From Mytilus trossulus (taxonomy: Eukaryota): 64,000 nt of DNA. The position numbers and the translations under genes are program-made. Positions 38,801-50,016 of this stretch are shown piece after piece (the first letter of the stretch is position 1; each line of letters starts with the position of its first letter). The DNA is taken from the NCBI RefSeq assembly GCF_036588685.1, contig NC_086376.1, forward strand, positions 67,249,630-67,313,629, in the 5' to 3' direction. A model generated the notes under the pieces. The model did no database searches and had not been told where the DNA came from. It saw only the letters and a program-made list of their open reading frames with translations.

Positions 38801-41800
38801 AAGAGCTGCTAGACCAACAGGAAATTATCATGGTATGGATATATAAAATTCTGCATTGGTCATGAAAATAACACAGTAATGTTTGAAAAGCAATGCTTCA
38901 TATCACAGTCTACATATATTTATTCGATTTCATGAAAGAAAAAGTGAAAAATATCCCAACCAAAATTGTAAGGAATACCCGCATAAAATCTCTGATAGTT
39001 GTTTTTTTTTTTTTTACCAAAGTAAGAAAAAATATCCCTGTTAGAGGAATGCTACTGATGAAAACTCTGATTGTTGTATTTCTTTTGTGCCAACATTCCA
39101 GTAAGAGATGGACAACACAATAAAAATGTCTATATAGAAATTAAACATACCAAAAAAAATCTAAGTTTAAATGTTTTTTTGTTGTTAAGTAAAGAAATAA
39201 AAGTGATCCCTGAAATAAACGTATTTTGAAAGGATGCATACCTTGCCATACATAGTGAAATTCTTTTTTTTATTATCCAGAATTTTTCTGTTGTTTAGTC
39301 TATAATAATGAGAACTGTAATACTCTTTTATTTTGATGAACTCATTAACTTTTTATAAATTGTAAATTCTCATTGTCGTTTAGATTGGGATGGAATCATA
39401 CAACAGCCAGAGACATTAATTTCACAGCTAAAATATTCACCACCCCACAGTGAGCAATCTTTTCATAGTGACAGACACATAAACAAGAGTAATATAACTC
39501 AAGCATCAGGAACCATAACTCCTAAGCTGTCTCCAAGATCTGACTCAGAGCCTGTTACTCCTAGGAACAAAAGTTACAACTCTCCATTTATTTCACCCAG
39601 ACAAGGACAAAGGTCAGCAGAGGTCACACCAAGACAAGGTCATAGGTCACCATCAGACATGATAGTAGATGAGGTTATGGGATTTGGAATGGTTATGTCT
39701 CCTGGGATGTCAGGTAAATTTAATGATTAATGTGTTTTAATTGTGCAAGATATGTATTTATAAATTTATAAATTTGGAGGTTCTTTTACAAATTGTTTAA
39801 AGGGTAATAGTTCCAAAACATAGGATGTTAGTTTTCAGTTCAGTAGGATTATACAAGGAATGATAGATATTCAGGGGCGTAGCTAGAAAGAAACGATGTG
39901 CAAGCAACAACCGCCGAGCGGAGCGAGGCGAAAAAATTTTGGGACCCTTTTATGCAGGAAAATGGTTTTTTTCGGTTTTCGGTTATAGGACAGTTGATAG
40001 AGGAGCTTCATGTAGTTAGAATTTATAAACAATTTATGAATGTGAAACTATTTATAAAGCTGCTGAATAGAGTAAATCATGGTTAATTGAAAACATAAAC
40101 TACACATTTTTCTAATACAGAATTTACTCGAAATTGTCAAAAATCTGCTCTTCGAGTCTAGGCCGAAACGAACTTCTCTATTTATTTGTCGGCAATATTC
40201 ACACTATCCCGATGCATATGCAGTAATGCTAGCGATGATAACCTGTCATTGTTCATTGGTGATCGTACATTTGATTTAAACAGACGTAGTACATTGATAG
40301 ATCTCCACGGTAGCACTCGCGAGATGTTATAAACCAGTGTACGTGTTCGCCATCGAGCGACCTTTCAATTGAATTCGTCAAAATTACATACCAGGTCAGT
40401 TTCGTATGTCTCTGACAATGTTGAGATTTGTTCGTTTGTTATATTTCCTACAACAGGAGGAAGAAGATAAGACACAAAGAAGCGATTTTCTGATAATACC
40501 AGACGCGACTCCACTCTCCAGTTCCATTATCATAGGCATTCGATTTTCATATGGTCTATAAACGCAAAATATAATGAGACTTTCCAATACTGTTTTGGCG
40601 TGTTTGCAGGATGAGTTGCTCTGTTAGTCCGTCGAACACATCGCCATGGCATAATTTCAACGATATCGAAGGGTTCTGATAAATCTCATGCCGATTGATA
40701 CATCTCATTCCAAACAGATAAACCGTACTCTGTAAAATGTGCTCCGAAACTACATGTGTTAGACTGCGTATAACAAATTCAAATCTTGTAAAAGATACAA
40801 GTTACACTGTCCGATTTCGTCATGCATGATCTTCAATAAAACTTCTATTCTGAAACCAAATGCCGTTATTTAATGACATTTCATAAATTAAAAAAGGGAC
40901 AACATGTGTGTTTCCTTAAAAATTTAATTTGTATTTTTTTAATTTTGCAATATTTTTTTTGGCATGCCGAAGCGATGTGCACGCAACTGCGTGTTGGCGT
41001 ATAGGGAGCTACGCGCCTGATATTGATTAATAATTTTCTATAAAGAGAAGTCTTTTTAAAGAAAACACTTTTTGATTGACTTGTATTCTAAAAATGATAG
41101 GGGGAAAAGTTAGGCAAGATAACTTTGAAAAATTTAATTACATTTTAATTCTTTTATTGTTTATGCGAATTGATCATTTTGAAGTAGTTGGTGAATATCA
41201 TCAAACAAAAGGTCTCTAAGTTTTGCACATTTGACAACAAAGTAACTAGGAATAGGCCCCTTATGATTTGTAAGATTATTCTGTTTTATATGATTAATAT
41301 TTAAAATAAGAATTTGTAAATCTGTATAACTCAGTTTATTTAAGAATGACGTTTTGCATGCTGATAGTCACTGTAAATATCTTACTTTTCAGGTGCAGAT
41401 GCATTTCGTACAAAAGCAGAAATCCCAAGAAGTCCTATTAGTGTTGAAGTCAAAATGATGTTTAGAGAGGCAATGTCCAATGAAAGTAGTCCCCAGTCTG
41501 ACAGGTCAAGGTCTTCTAGAGGTCAAAAGTCAGCTGAACATAGTTTCAACATGAGTGATCATGGCTTAAACATTCAAAAGGACAATCCAACTTTTGGTTT
41601 TAAAAATGTTTCAAAAACTTTGAATAGATCCAAAAATACAACTTCAAGTTCAAACCAAATGGCACTTCAGAATGACCAAGTGTTGTCAAGTGATGCCATT
41701 AACAATTATAACGAGGAAAAAAAAACTAATGGTTCAGAGTTGCAAAAAGACAAATATTTAGTAGAAAATCGTCCAAAATCTCCTGTAGGAGAAACTTTAG

Positions 41801-44800
41801 ACGATATTGAGACTGACCCAGAAGATAATTCTACAACATCTAAATTTAAATCAATAGAGAACAGTTTTAAAATACAAAGACCCCCGTCTCCTGTGGCTGA
41901 GTTATTAGAAAGTTTTGATTCTGGAAAAGAGGAATCAGACAAAATGTTGGAGGAGGAAGTTTTTCCAAAAGAAGAAGAGGATGATTTCTACTTAGAACAA
42001 CCCGAAGGTTTACTCTCCTCAGAGGAGGCAGAGGACAGTCAATATGAAACCTTATCCAAAAAATTTGAAGGTAATTAATCTATAGTGTGTGAAACAACTT
42101 TTTGATTCTTTCCATGCTATTATTTGAAAATATACTGAAGGTTTAGCAGTATGAGAATGCTGTAGTGTTGCTGAAGAAAAATATATTTACTCCTTTTTGG
42201 TTTGAATTTATGATTGTTTTCTGTCTTTTGAAAAAATCCTTTAAGTATATGAAATGTGACCTTATGATAGGGAAAGCAATTGTTGAATTTTGAGTTGCAA
42301 AGATTTTTTTACTTGAAAAGGTGTCATCATTGCATATCATATAAAAAAGAAGATGTGGTATGATTACCAATGAGACAACTATCCACAAAAGACCAAACAC
42401 AGACATTAACAACTATAAGTCACCCTACAGCCTTCAACAATGTCAGCATAGTCAGCTAAAAAAGGCCCTGATAAGACAATGTACATCCCCAGTAGTCTAT
42501 TAATTTTTCACCAGACTTAAAAGGTTAAAAAGTCATACAGTTAAGTTTTTTGCAAGAATAAAATAATAAAAATCCTGTCTGAAGTTGTATGTTTATGTTA
42601 CAATGTGTTTGCTGATACTCTATGTATGCTCTAGATAATATCATATGCCTGTATTCTTGTAGGTTTTAGTCAAACCTGCTTTGGAATCTTTCCATTGTCT
42701 TGATTTGGACAATAGTTATTGTATTCCATAAGACACTTAAATTCATTGAAAAAGCCATTCATAAAAACCATGAAAATTGTTACAACAAAAGTATTTTCAC
42801 AGTTCATATTTTAAATTTCAGAACAAAAAGCTTTCATTCAACAAGAGGTCATTCCAAGAAGCCCTCTGAAGGATGAAATAAGACGAATGTTTAAAGAAGC
42901 AATGTCTGATGTAGAGGATTCACCATTACATAAAAGTAATTATTATTATGTTATGCCAGTTTGGTATTATACCTTCAATATAACCAAGCACACGATAAAT
43001 TTTCTGCATTTTGTGAACTGAATAATTTGCCTTTTCTAAAACCTGTCCAATATTTTTTCCTAAAGTATGGTATCTTATTGGCATACACATTTCTGTTCTA
43101 TTGATAAAGAATTTATATGAAGTCACCAAAATTTTATCAGTAGAGGAATCTTTAGCGAGGTTTTAAGATTTATCAGAAACCCATGCATACATAATTTTGC
43201 AATATGCTTTTTGGGACCCCCTACAAATTTATATAGCAATAAAATAAAAAGTTTTAATGCTAAAAAGATAATGGTAACCTATTTAAAAAATTTGAAATTG
43301 ACCATTACCTTGATTAGAAATTTTTATTGAATGAAACTGCCTTACAATTTGATTTAATTGGATTTAATCAAATAGATGTATATGTTGGTTTTATTGAAAG
43401 AAGATCTGGTTAGAAGTTAGTTGAATGATAATTATACTGATAGGAACATTTTATTTATATTTTAATTTGAGACAGTAAAATCTTATTTTTTTTTAAATCG
43501 AAAGGTTTGACCTTCCATGTATGTAGAATATTAACTTATTGTTATATTTCTTTTAGGTAGTAATAAGCCTCACTCAGATAGCTTTTCAAGGTCAAATAAC
43601 AGTAAAGGGAGAGCAGCAGGTATTGATGATAGTTTTTATGACCTGCAAGCAGGTATATTTGTTTACATAGCAAACAAAATTGTATGTAATCATGAATAAT
43701 TCCTAACTGATTTCTATATATAGTTCATCAAATTGGGGTATAGGTCAATAAGACAGTAATCCAACGAAAATATCTAGAAGCAACATATAGTTTTCAACAA
43801 TAGACTTTGTTGAGTTATACTGTTGTTAACATCCAATTAATCAAATAGAGAAATCATTAAGATACAATTTGTGACAAAGTTCTTAAGACATGGAATTTTC
43901 AGGACAATATTTGCATATGGGATCCTTGCAAGGTTAACGTGTTTGTATGAATTATTATAATCATGGGGTACAAATTTTCATGGATTTCATTAGTTATGGT
44001 AAACCAGGAATTAGTTTTCAATAGGCTTGTGTGCAGATTTTGGTAAATGCATAATCTCAAATTTCCACTGATTTAGGAAAAATATTTGTTCTAGAACTTC
44101 AAAATGATGAGTGGAAATTATAAATGTTAAGTGGTACCATGTAGGGATTTTCAGCCTGTTTATAGATAAAAGAATATGAAGTATGAGTGCCAATGAGACA
44201 ACTCTACATCCAAGTCATAATGAGAAAAAAGTAATACAATTGTAGGTCAAAGTACGTCCTTTAACATGAAACTAGTGTAAAACAATTTAGACAGGAAAAC
44301 AAACAGTCTTAATTAAAATGAACAAACAAGAAACACTTGGGCCTGTTCCAGAAAATACTATGTCCCCCCCAGAGACGGCAATTTTTTTTAACCCCCACCA
44401 CCCACAGAAATAAAATTTAATTAGAACAGCACTCCCTTTGCATTTTGGTATTTCAAATACAACCACCCACATAATATTTAAAAAAATTGCCTTCCCTGGG
44501 GGGGACATAGTATTTTCTGGAACAGCCCTTATAAACATCATGTGCAATTACAGTTTATATTGTATATAATATTGATTGTATATTGATTTATTCTATTTTC
44601 AGGTAATAGCTTTGATTTGCAAGGAGCAGGTGATGGAATTGGTCTTGATGACATAGAAATGCCAGATATGCCATTAGAAGATTCTTTCTGTGAAAGTTAT
44701 GGTGCAGGAATGTCCAACAACACTTCAAATTATTCTAACAAAGCTATTAATCGTGAAAGTGTAGGTCTTGATTTGATGTCATTCACACCAAAATCAGAGG

Positions 44801-45237
44801 TGAATTTATTTCAAACTTATGATGCAAGAAAATTAGACGAGGCAAAACATGATTTAGATGAAATATTTAGCCAAAGTCTTCCATTAAGGGTGGAAAACAT
44901 CCGTCAAGCAGAGACAAAACAACAGCTGACAGAGAATAAAACACAATTGAAAGAGTTAGAAAAATCTATTGGAGAACTTGAAGGAAAATTACTGGAAATT
45001 AGTTCAAATGAGTTTCTAAATCCTGATTCAAAAGATGATTCCGATTTAATCGATAATTTAGACGATTCATTTGTACCTCTGAAAGGTGGTGTTTTATTTG
45101 AAGGTGGAACACCTTTAAAATCTAGGTCACTTCAGGACAAAGACGAAGTACCTATAAACAATAGTAATGATATACGGACTAGAATGCAACAACTCAAAGA
45201 GGTTGCCAAGAAAATTAGTTCAGATTTTAATGTATAG
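26861..45237 (+). CDS. HAUS6: HAUS augmin-like complex subunit 6, about 1158 aa, 18 coding exons
   Basis: Exons 26861-26967, 27472-27567, 27907-27988, 28497-28623, 29493-29664, 30950-31057, 31601-31688, 31963-32136, 33337-33439, 34282-34484, 35327-35435, 37978-38110, 38711-38832, 39384-39713, 41393-42070, 42822-42935, 43557-43652, 44603-45237. All are GT-AG, phase-consistent, and sum to 3477 nt. The N-terminus has HAUS6_N motifs ([41 protein letters not shown]), followed by a long S/T-P-rich disordered tail. Confidence 0.9.
29843..30465. mobile_element. Palindrome-ended non-coding element (tentatively Crypton-like) in HAUS6 intron 5
   Basis: Hairpin of about 159 bp at 29843-30001 around GAGCGATAGCGAG, followed by a domain bounded by ATTCTAA (30003) / TTAGAAT (30458). 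TATTTTACCACGGG recurs near 30413. Confidence 0.55.
33768..33964. mobile_element. Short MITE-like element
   Basis: Imperfect TIR CAATTCGACTTTTCAGAATATAA / TTAGATTCTGAAACGGCGAATTG. No TSD recognised. Confidence 0.6.
36303..37009. mobile_element. Tc1/mariner-like MITE (TA TSD), copy 2, in HAUS6 intron 11
   Basis: Same TIRs and TA flanks as 21456-22415; lacks the retrozyme insert. Confidence 0.85.
39872..41019 (-). mobile_element. Internally deleted hAT transposon with decayed transposase remnants and a 5-bp TSD, in HAUS6 intron 14
   Basis: TIR CAGGGGCGTAGCT / AGCTACGCGCCTG, with ATATT duplicated at 39867-39871 and 41020-41024. The interior is CpG-rich. Confidence 0.85.
40141..40730 (-). pseudogene. 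hAT transposase C-terminal remnant including the hATC dimerisation domain
   Basis: Manual translation gives [55 protein letters not shown] and [33 protein letters not shown]...FVSA*TRRADF, with stops and frameshifts. Confidence 0.8.
44340..44528. mobile_element. PIF/Harbinger-like MITE
   Basis: TIR of about 30 bp, GG(C/G)CTGTTCCAGAAAATACTATGTCCCCCC. Flanks TTG / TTA fit a TWA-type TSD with one change. Confidence 0.75.
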
Positions 45238-48200
45238 CCTGTCTCGCAGTATTAAATTATTTTTAAACTGGAATGTATTAATTGTTTAATTTAATGTATT
45301 GAATCCTTTTTAGCTGTGTTTAAAATGATAAGTTAGCGCATCTTATATGTATAAGTATTTATAATTATAATAGAATAATAAAAGGAAGAAAAATAGGAGT
45401 TTATTTAAATAATCGTCAGCAAAATTACGTCTTATTTAAATTTGTCTTCCTAATAGATTTTAATTCATTTCACTCGTGTTATAGTAGATCCTACAGTTTA
45501 AATGCTACAATTTATCTGATTTCTTGTTTTAGAAGACTTCAATGGTGTGTCTATTTTAGAACAATTGTGTATTGTCCTAACTCAGGCAAACTGACCCCCA
45601 AAGAACCTTGTCCAGAATACTGTTGTGTATTTTTCCATATTTATATGAAAGTGTAAACGTGTGAAATAACCAATCAATTTCTATTCTGAGTTTTCAAGGT
45701 ACAAAGTTTTATCAGAGTAAGACATCATGACTTAAATGGTACAACTTAACAGATTTTTTCCCTTTTACAACAGAACCAACAGAACCAACAGATTCCTTTC
45801 TTACTATCTAATTAGTAAATAGTAAAAGTAATTTGATTAATTTTTTTTGACATTTGTTGTTAGGTAATTTTTTATATCCTCAACAATTTTAGAAAGTGTT
45901 AAAAAAATTTGTTCACTTACAAGAATTACATTCTTTTAATGTTTTATATAATTCTAAATCAAATTTCAATACCCGTAATTGCAATACTTAATTTTACATT
46001 GTCTTTGGTTGTAATATTTGCAGTAATAAATACACATGATGTATATTTTAATTTTAAAAAAGCTTGTTATAAGTTATTTTTTTAAGTTATGTTAGGCCAT
46101 TTGTTAAGTGTTATGTATTATAAACAAAAAAGATATTTATTTGAAACATAAATGATTTGTTTGTACATTGCAAATAATGAAACATATACAGTATGTAATA
46201 ATTACCACAAGGATATGTTGTATGTATTCAAAACATAGTTAAACCAGATGGTGCTTTTTCTTATTTGAAACTTTTTGTATGTTGCTTAATATCAAAACTA
46301 TAAGAAAACATGGGTGTCTTTTCTTACCTCTTCACTGTAAACAACTTCATACTTTGTTAATCTGCAAGTTCTAGATAATTATAGGTTGACAAAGTTTCAC
46401 ATTTTTTTCTACAAAACTTGAAATTGTGCACCAGTTATTTTATATATTGATCTCAGAGCTATTTTGGAGGGATCTTTTACCAAAACCAGAGCTTCTTCAT
46501 TCTTCTTGTATTGTCTCGTTCAAAAGATTCATATTTTTTGACATTTTGTAGCAGCTTTGTATTTAGATTCATCTTGAGAAATTCAGATCCTTGCTCTATA
46601 GATGGATTTTGATTGATAAAGTTTCAGCAAAAATAACTTTCCATTTGTAGCCTTGATGTAGGTTTTTTAAAATCCTTCATAAATAAAAATTCAAGGTATT
46701 ATTCTGAATGCTAGCCTTTAGAAAAAGGGCTTTTCTGAACAAGTTTTATTTTTAGCCTTGCTTAATTCATCACTCAGAATGATCAAGTAAGGTTCTTTTA
46801 TCAGACTAGTGTTTTGCATGTGTCACATGTGTAATCTGGTTAGTCTGATAAGAAAATCAATCTATTATTCCTCCATTAATAGTAAACAAGGGAAATAACT
46901 CCAACTCAAATTATATCTCTTTGAATGGTTGTTTCCTGTTTCCATGAAAATTGAAATGTTTGTTTCAGTCAACCCTTATTCCAGAAGTAAGTTTTATAAA
47001 TATCTGCTGAAAATTGTTAGCAATTAGAACATAAAAAGCATATTACTAACAGCCACTTCCAAAAATATTTGTCAGTTAAATGTTTTCTGCTTTAATAAAT
47101 CTAGTGGATAACAATGTCATTGTTTGGATTTCTTACATTTTCTTTTTTTCCTTTTGAATCCATGTTAGTGTTCCTAAAAGCATTAGTGACTAGGAATACG
47201 TTCCTGTGTGTAACCTGGCTGTTATGGGTATGAAAAATAAGCATTCTAGATATTTTATTTTTGTATTCTCTCATTGAAGTTTTTAACAAGATTACATGAA
47301 GTATATATTTTTTGTGAGAAATTCATGAATTTATTTTAAATATTTCATTAAATATTATATTGTATGCAAATAAGTGCTGGAGTTTTAGGATCTAATAAAC
47401 TATTTGAAATGTTTGATTTATAATTATTCCAATGGCTGAAATATCGGCTTTCATATTGATCATCTAATCTTTACCTCCTTTTCATCATCAATGACTTAAC
47501 CATATTGTAGTGGTAAACTTTTCAATGATTCACATTTCAACATTTTATGTCAGTGATACTTGGATAAAATATTCACAGTCCAAAAGCTAATAAAAACATT
47601 AAAAGAGCTGACAAACCAAAAAGGACCAATAGTCGAACCAAACCTAAAACAAGAAATCAGAGAAAGCATTAGGGAGATATAGATTCCTAAATTAAAAATC
47701 ACTTCCATACATTACAAGAGATGAGTTGAATTTTAAAGTGAGATGCAATGTCATATCTTTACCTTCTTTCCCTGCATTGTACAAGACTTTAGTGAAGAGA
47801 TATAAGAAGATGTGGTATGAGTGCCAATGAGACAACTCTCCATCCAAGTCACAAGTTTTTAAAAGTAAACTATTTTATAAGAGACATTTGTGTTATACTA
47901 GTTCAATCTTGGGTCCATATACTAAACGCTGTCCACAGATATGGTATAAAATAAATACATACAGTTATAAAATTGTTCATTTATGATTTGGAAGAAGTTT
48001 GAGGTCAGGCAGCTTTGCCATAAGAATAGTGCTACTTATTAATGTAAAGAATCTGGTTTGTTGTCATTTCAATAGCCTCTTTCTGGTATTTGTATCTGCA
48101 GTAAATGTGAAATAGTGTCAGTGAAAATATCTAAATGTTACATGAAGGATAATGTGGTCTATATTTGATGGCGAAGGACTTAAATAAACAAACATGTCAG

Positions 48201-48361
48201 TTCATCTGTCAATTTATGAACACAAACATTTGGGAGAGAATTTGAATGCAAAACAAAATTGAGCCACACAAATTGTGTGGATAAGCATCTCTTACTTTGC
48301 ATACGTCTCCAATCATATGATTCCATAATTACATCTATTTACCTTAAAAACTTATATCAAC

Positions 48362-48592
48362 CTGCCCATGGGGGTTTGGCAAGATGGCTGCTATAGTCCT
48401 AAAAAACCTTCAAGGGGGCCTGCAAATACATGTTAATGGTTTTTTTTGGCTTCTTCATACTTTTATAAGCCTTAAGTCATTGTAAAATTAATTGTTTTGT
48501 TTAAATTGAGGACAAAATTGGTCTTTCAAAATTTCAATTTGGGAGCCTCCATGGGGGAAATCCCCCGCAAATAGTGACAGTTGGCAGGTATG
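48362..48592 (-). mobile_element. MITE of the CATACCTGCCAAC family
   Basis: Ends CCCCCGCAAATAGTGACAGTTGGCAGGTATG, the reverse complement of 2224 onward. Confidence 0.75.
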
Positions 48593-49494
48593 CTGTCTAT
48601 TCACTTTTAGATCACATGACCCAAAGCAAACTGCTCAATTTTAGCTCACCTGCTCCAAAGAGCCACTTGAGCTTTATAAAGTTGTCCATCTACTTTAAAC
48701 TTTTCTATAAAAATCGTCTCTGAATGTGCATCCAATTTATGGATTGAAGCCCAAAAATGCACATATCAAAAAGAAGATGTTGTATGATTGCAAATGAGAC
48801 AACTCTCCACAAGAGACCAAATGAAACAAAAATTAATCATCAGGTGGATACAAATACAAATACATCTAACAAAAACACAAAATGAACATACCTTGTAGTT
48901 TATGACCATATAGTTCAATGTGTCAATAAAAAAGGTTAAAATGTTAAATTTGTACATGAATTTTATGAAAAATTAATATAGTTACAAATCAAAATGATAA
49001 AAAAGAAATTGATAACTGTCTGGATACTTTGTTAAAATGGCCAGTACAAATTACATGAAAATCCACATACTTTGAAGTTATTTCCTCTGAATGTGTTTTT
49101 TTTTAAATATTTTTTTGCATTTCCTTGTCATTTTTCCAAAATATATAGAGGAGTTAAAATGACTATACCCAAATTGTCCCTTTAGCAAAAAAAGCAGAGA
49201 AAATCTTACAAGGTACTTTTTTTAGTGACTTAACAATTGTATTTGTTATGATCTGACATGTTGAACATATTGAAACTCTTATGGAGAAGATGTTCTAAGT
49301 TGGTCATTTTTTTTGGACAATAAAATTTGTTTAAAATTTCAACACAGATAATTATATCTAAATGTACACAAAACACAGTAAATATGAATATATGATTTAA
49401 TCACTAGAAAAGAAAAATTTACAGAAACTAAGTAAACTTTTGAAAATTAACAACTAAAATATGGTACAGGCATCCATTTCTTAAAAAAAAATAT

Positions 49495-49848
49495 TTGGTG
49501 ACCTTGAACTCATTTTAACAGTTTTTGCTCAGATGACTTTTTGTGTTTTGGTCTGTTTTTCTTAAACTATTAGCAATAGGTCAACAATATTTGTTGTATG
49601 GAACTGAGACTACTATAACACAGTAGTAGTCTCAGTATGGAAGGCATTGTTAGCTGTAAATGCCTGTCTGTCATGGTTCATCTGACCTTGACCTCATTAA
49701 TTTTCCATGGTTCATTGTTCAATGTTTAATTTTCTTGGTTAATGTTAAGTTTATGTGACAGTTGTAATAGAGCTTTATATTTAAGATAATCAACATAATA
49801 TCAATGATTAATAAAGAAGGCGACACATTTAAGCGTGTGCACTCTTAT
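49495..49848 (-). mobile_element. HINE-like repeat of the same family as 7250-8057, just upstream of NCLN
   Basis: TGACCTTGACCTCAT monomers and terminus GGCGACACATTTAAGCGTGTGCACTC. Confidence 0.65.
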
Positions 49849-50016
49849 ATTGTTCACGTGTTGCTTTATTTAAGAGGGCAACTTATTTTTGATTACTTCC
49901 CTTGGTTAAGCTCTTTAGTTTATTGCCTCGATTTCACGAATCACGTTTGGACAGCAAAAGGGACGCCGGTTTTCTGTTCACTTGTTTTGCAAATAATTCC
50001 AATACCTCTAGCAATC

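Noticed and set aside
49804-50016. N-terminal extension of NCLN suggested by ORF 49804-50286
   Set aside because: It begins inside a HINE repeat. Similarity to nicalin starts at the ATG at 50017, and the ORF tail after 50182 is intronic.
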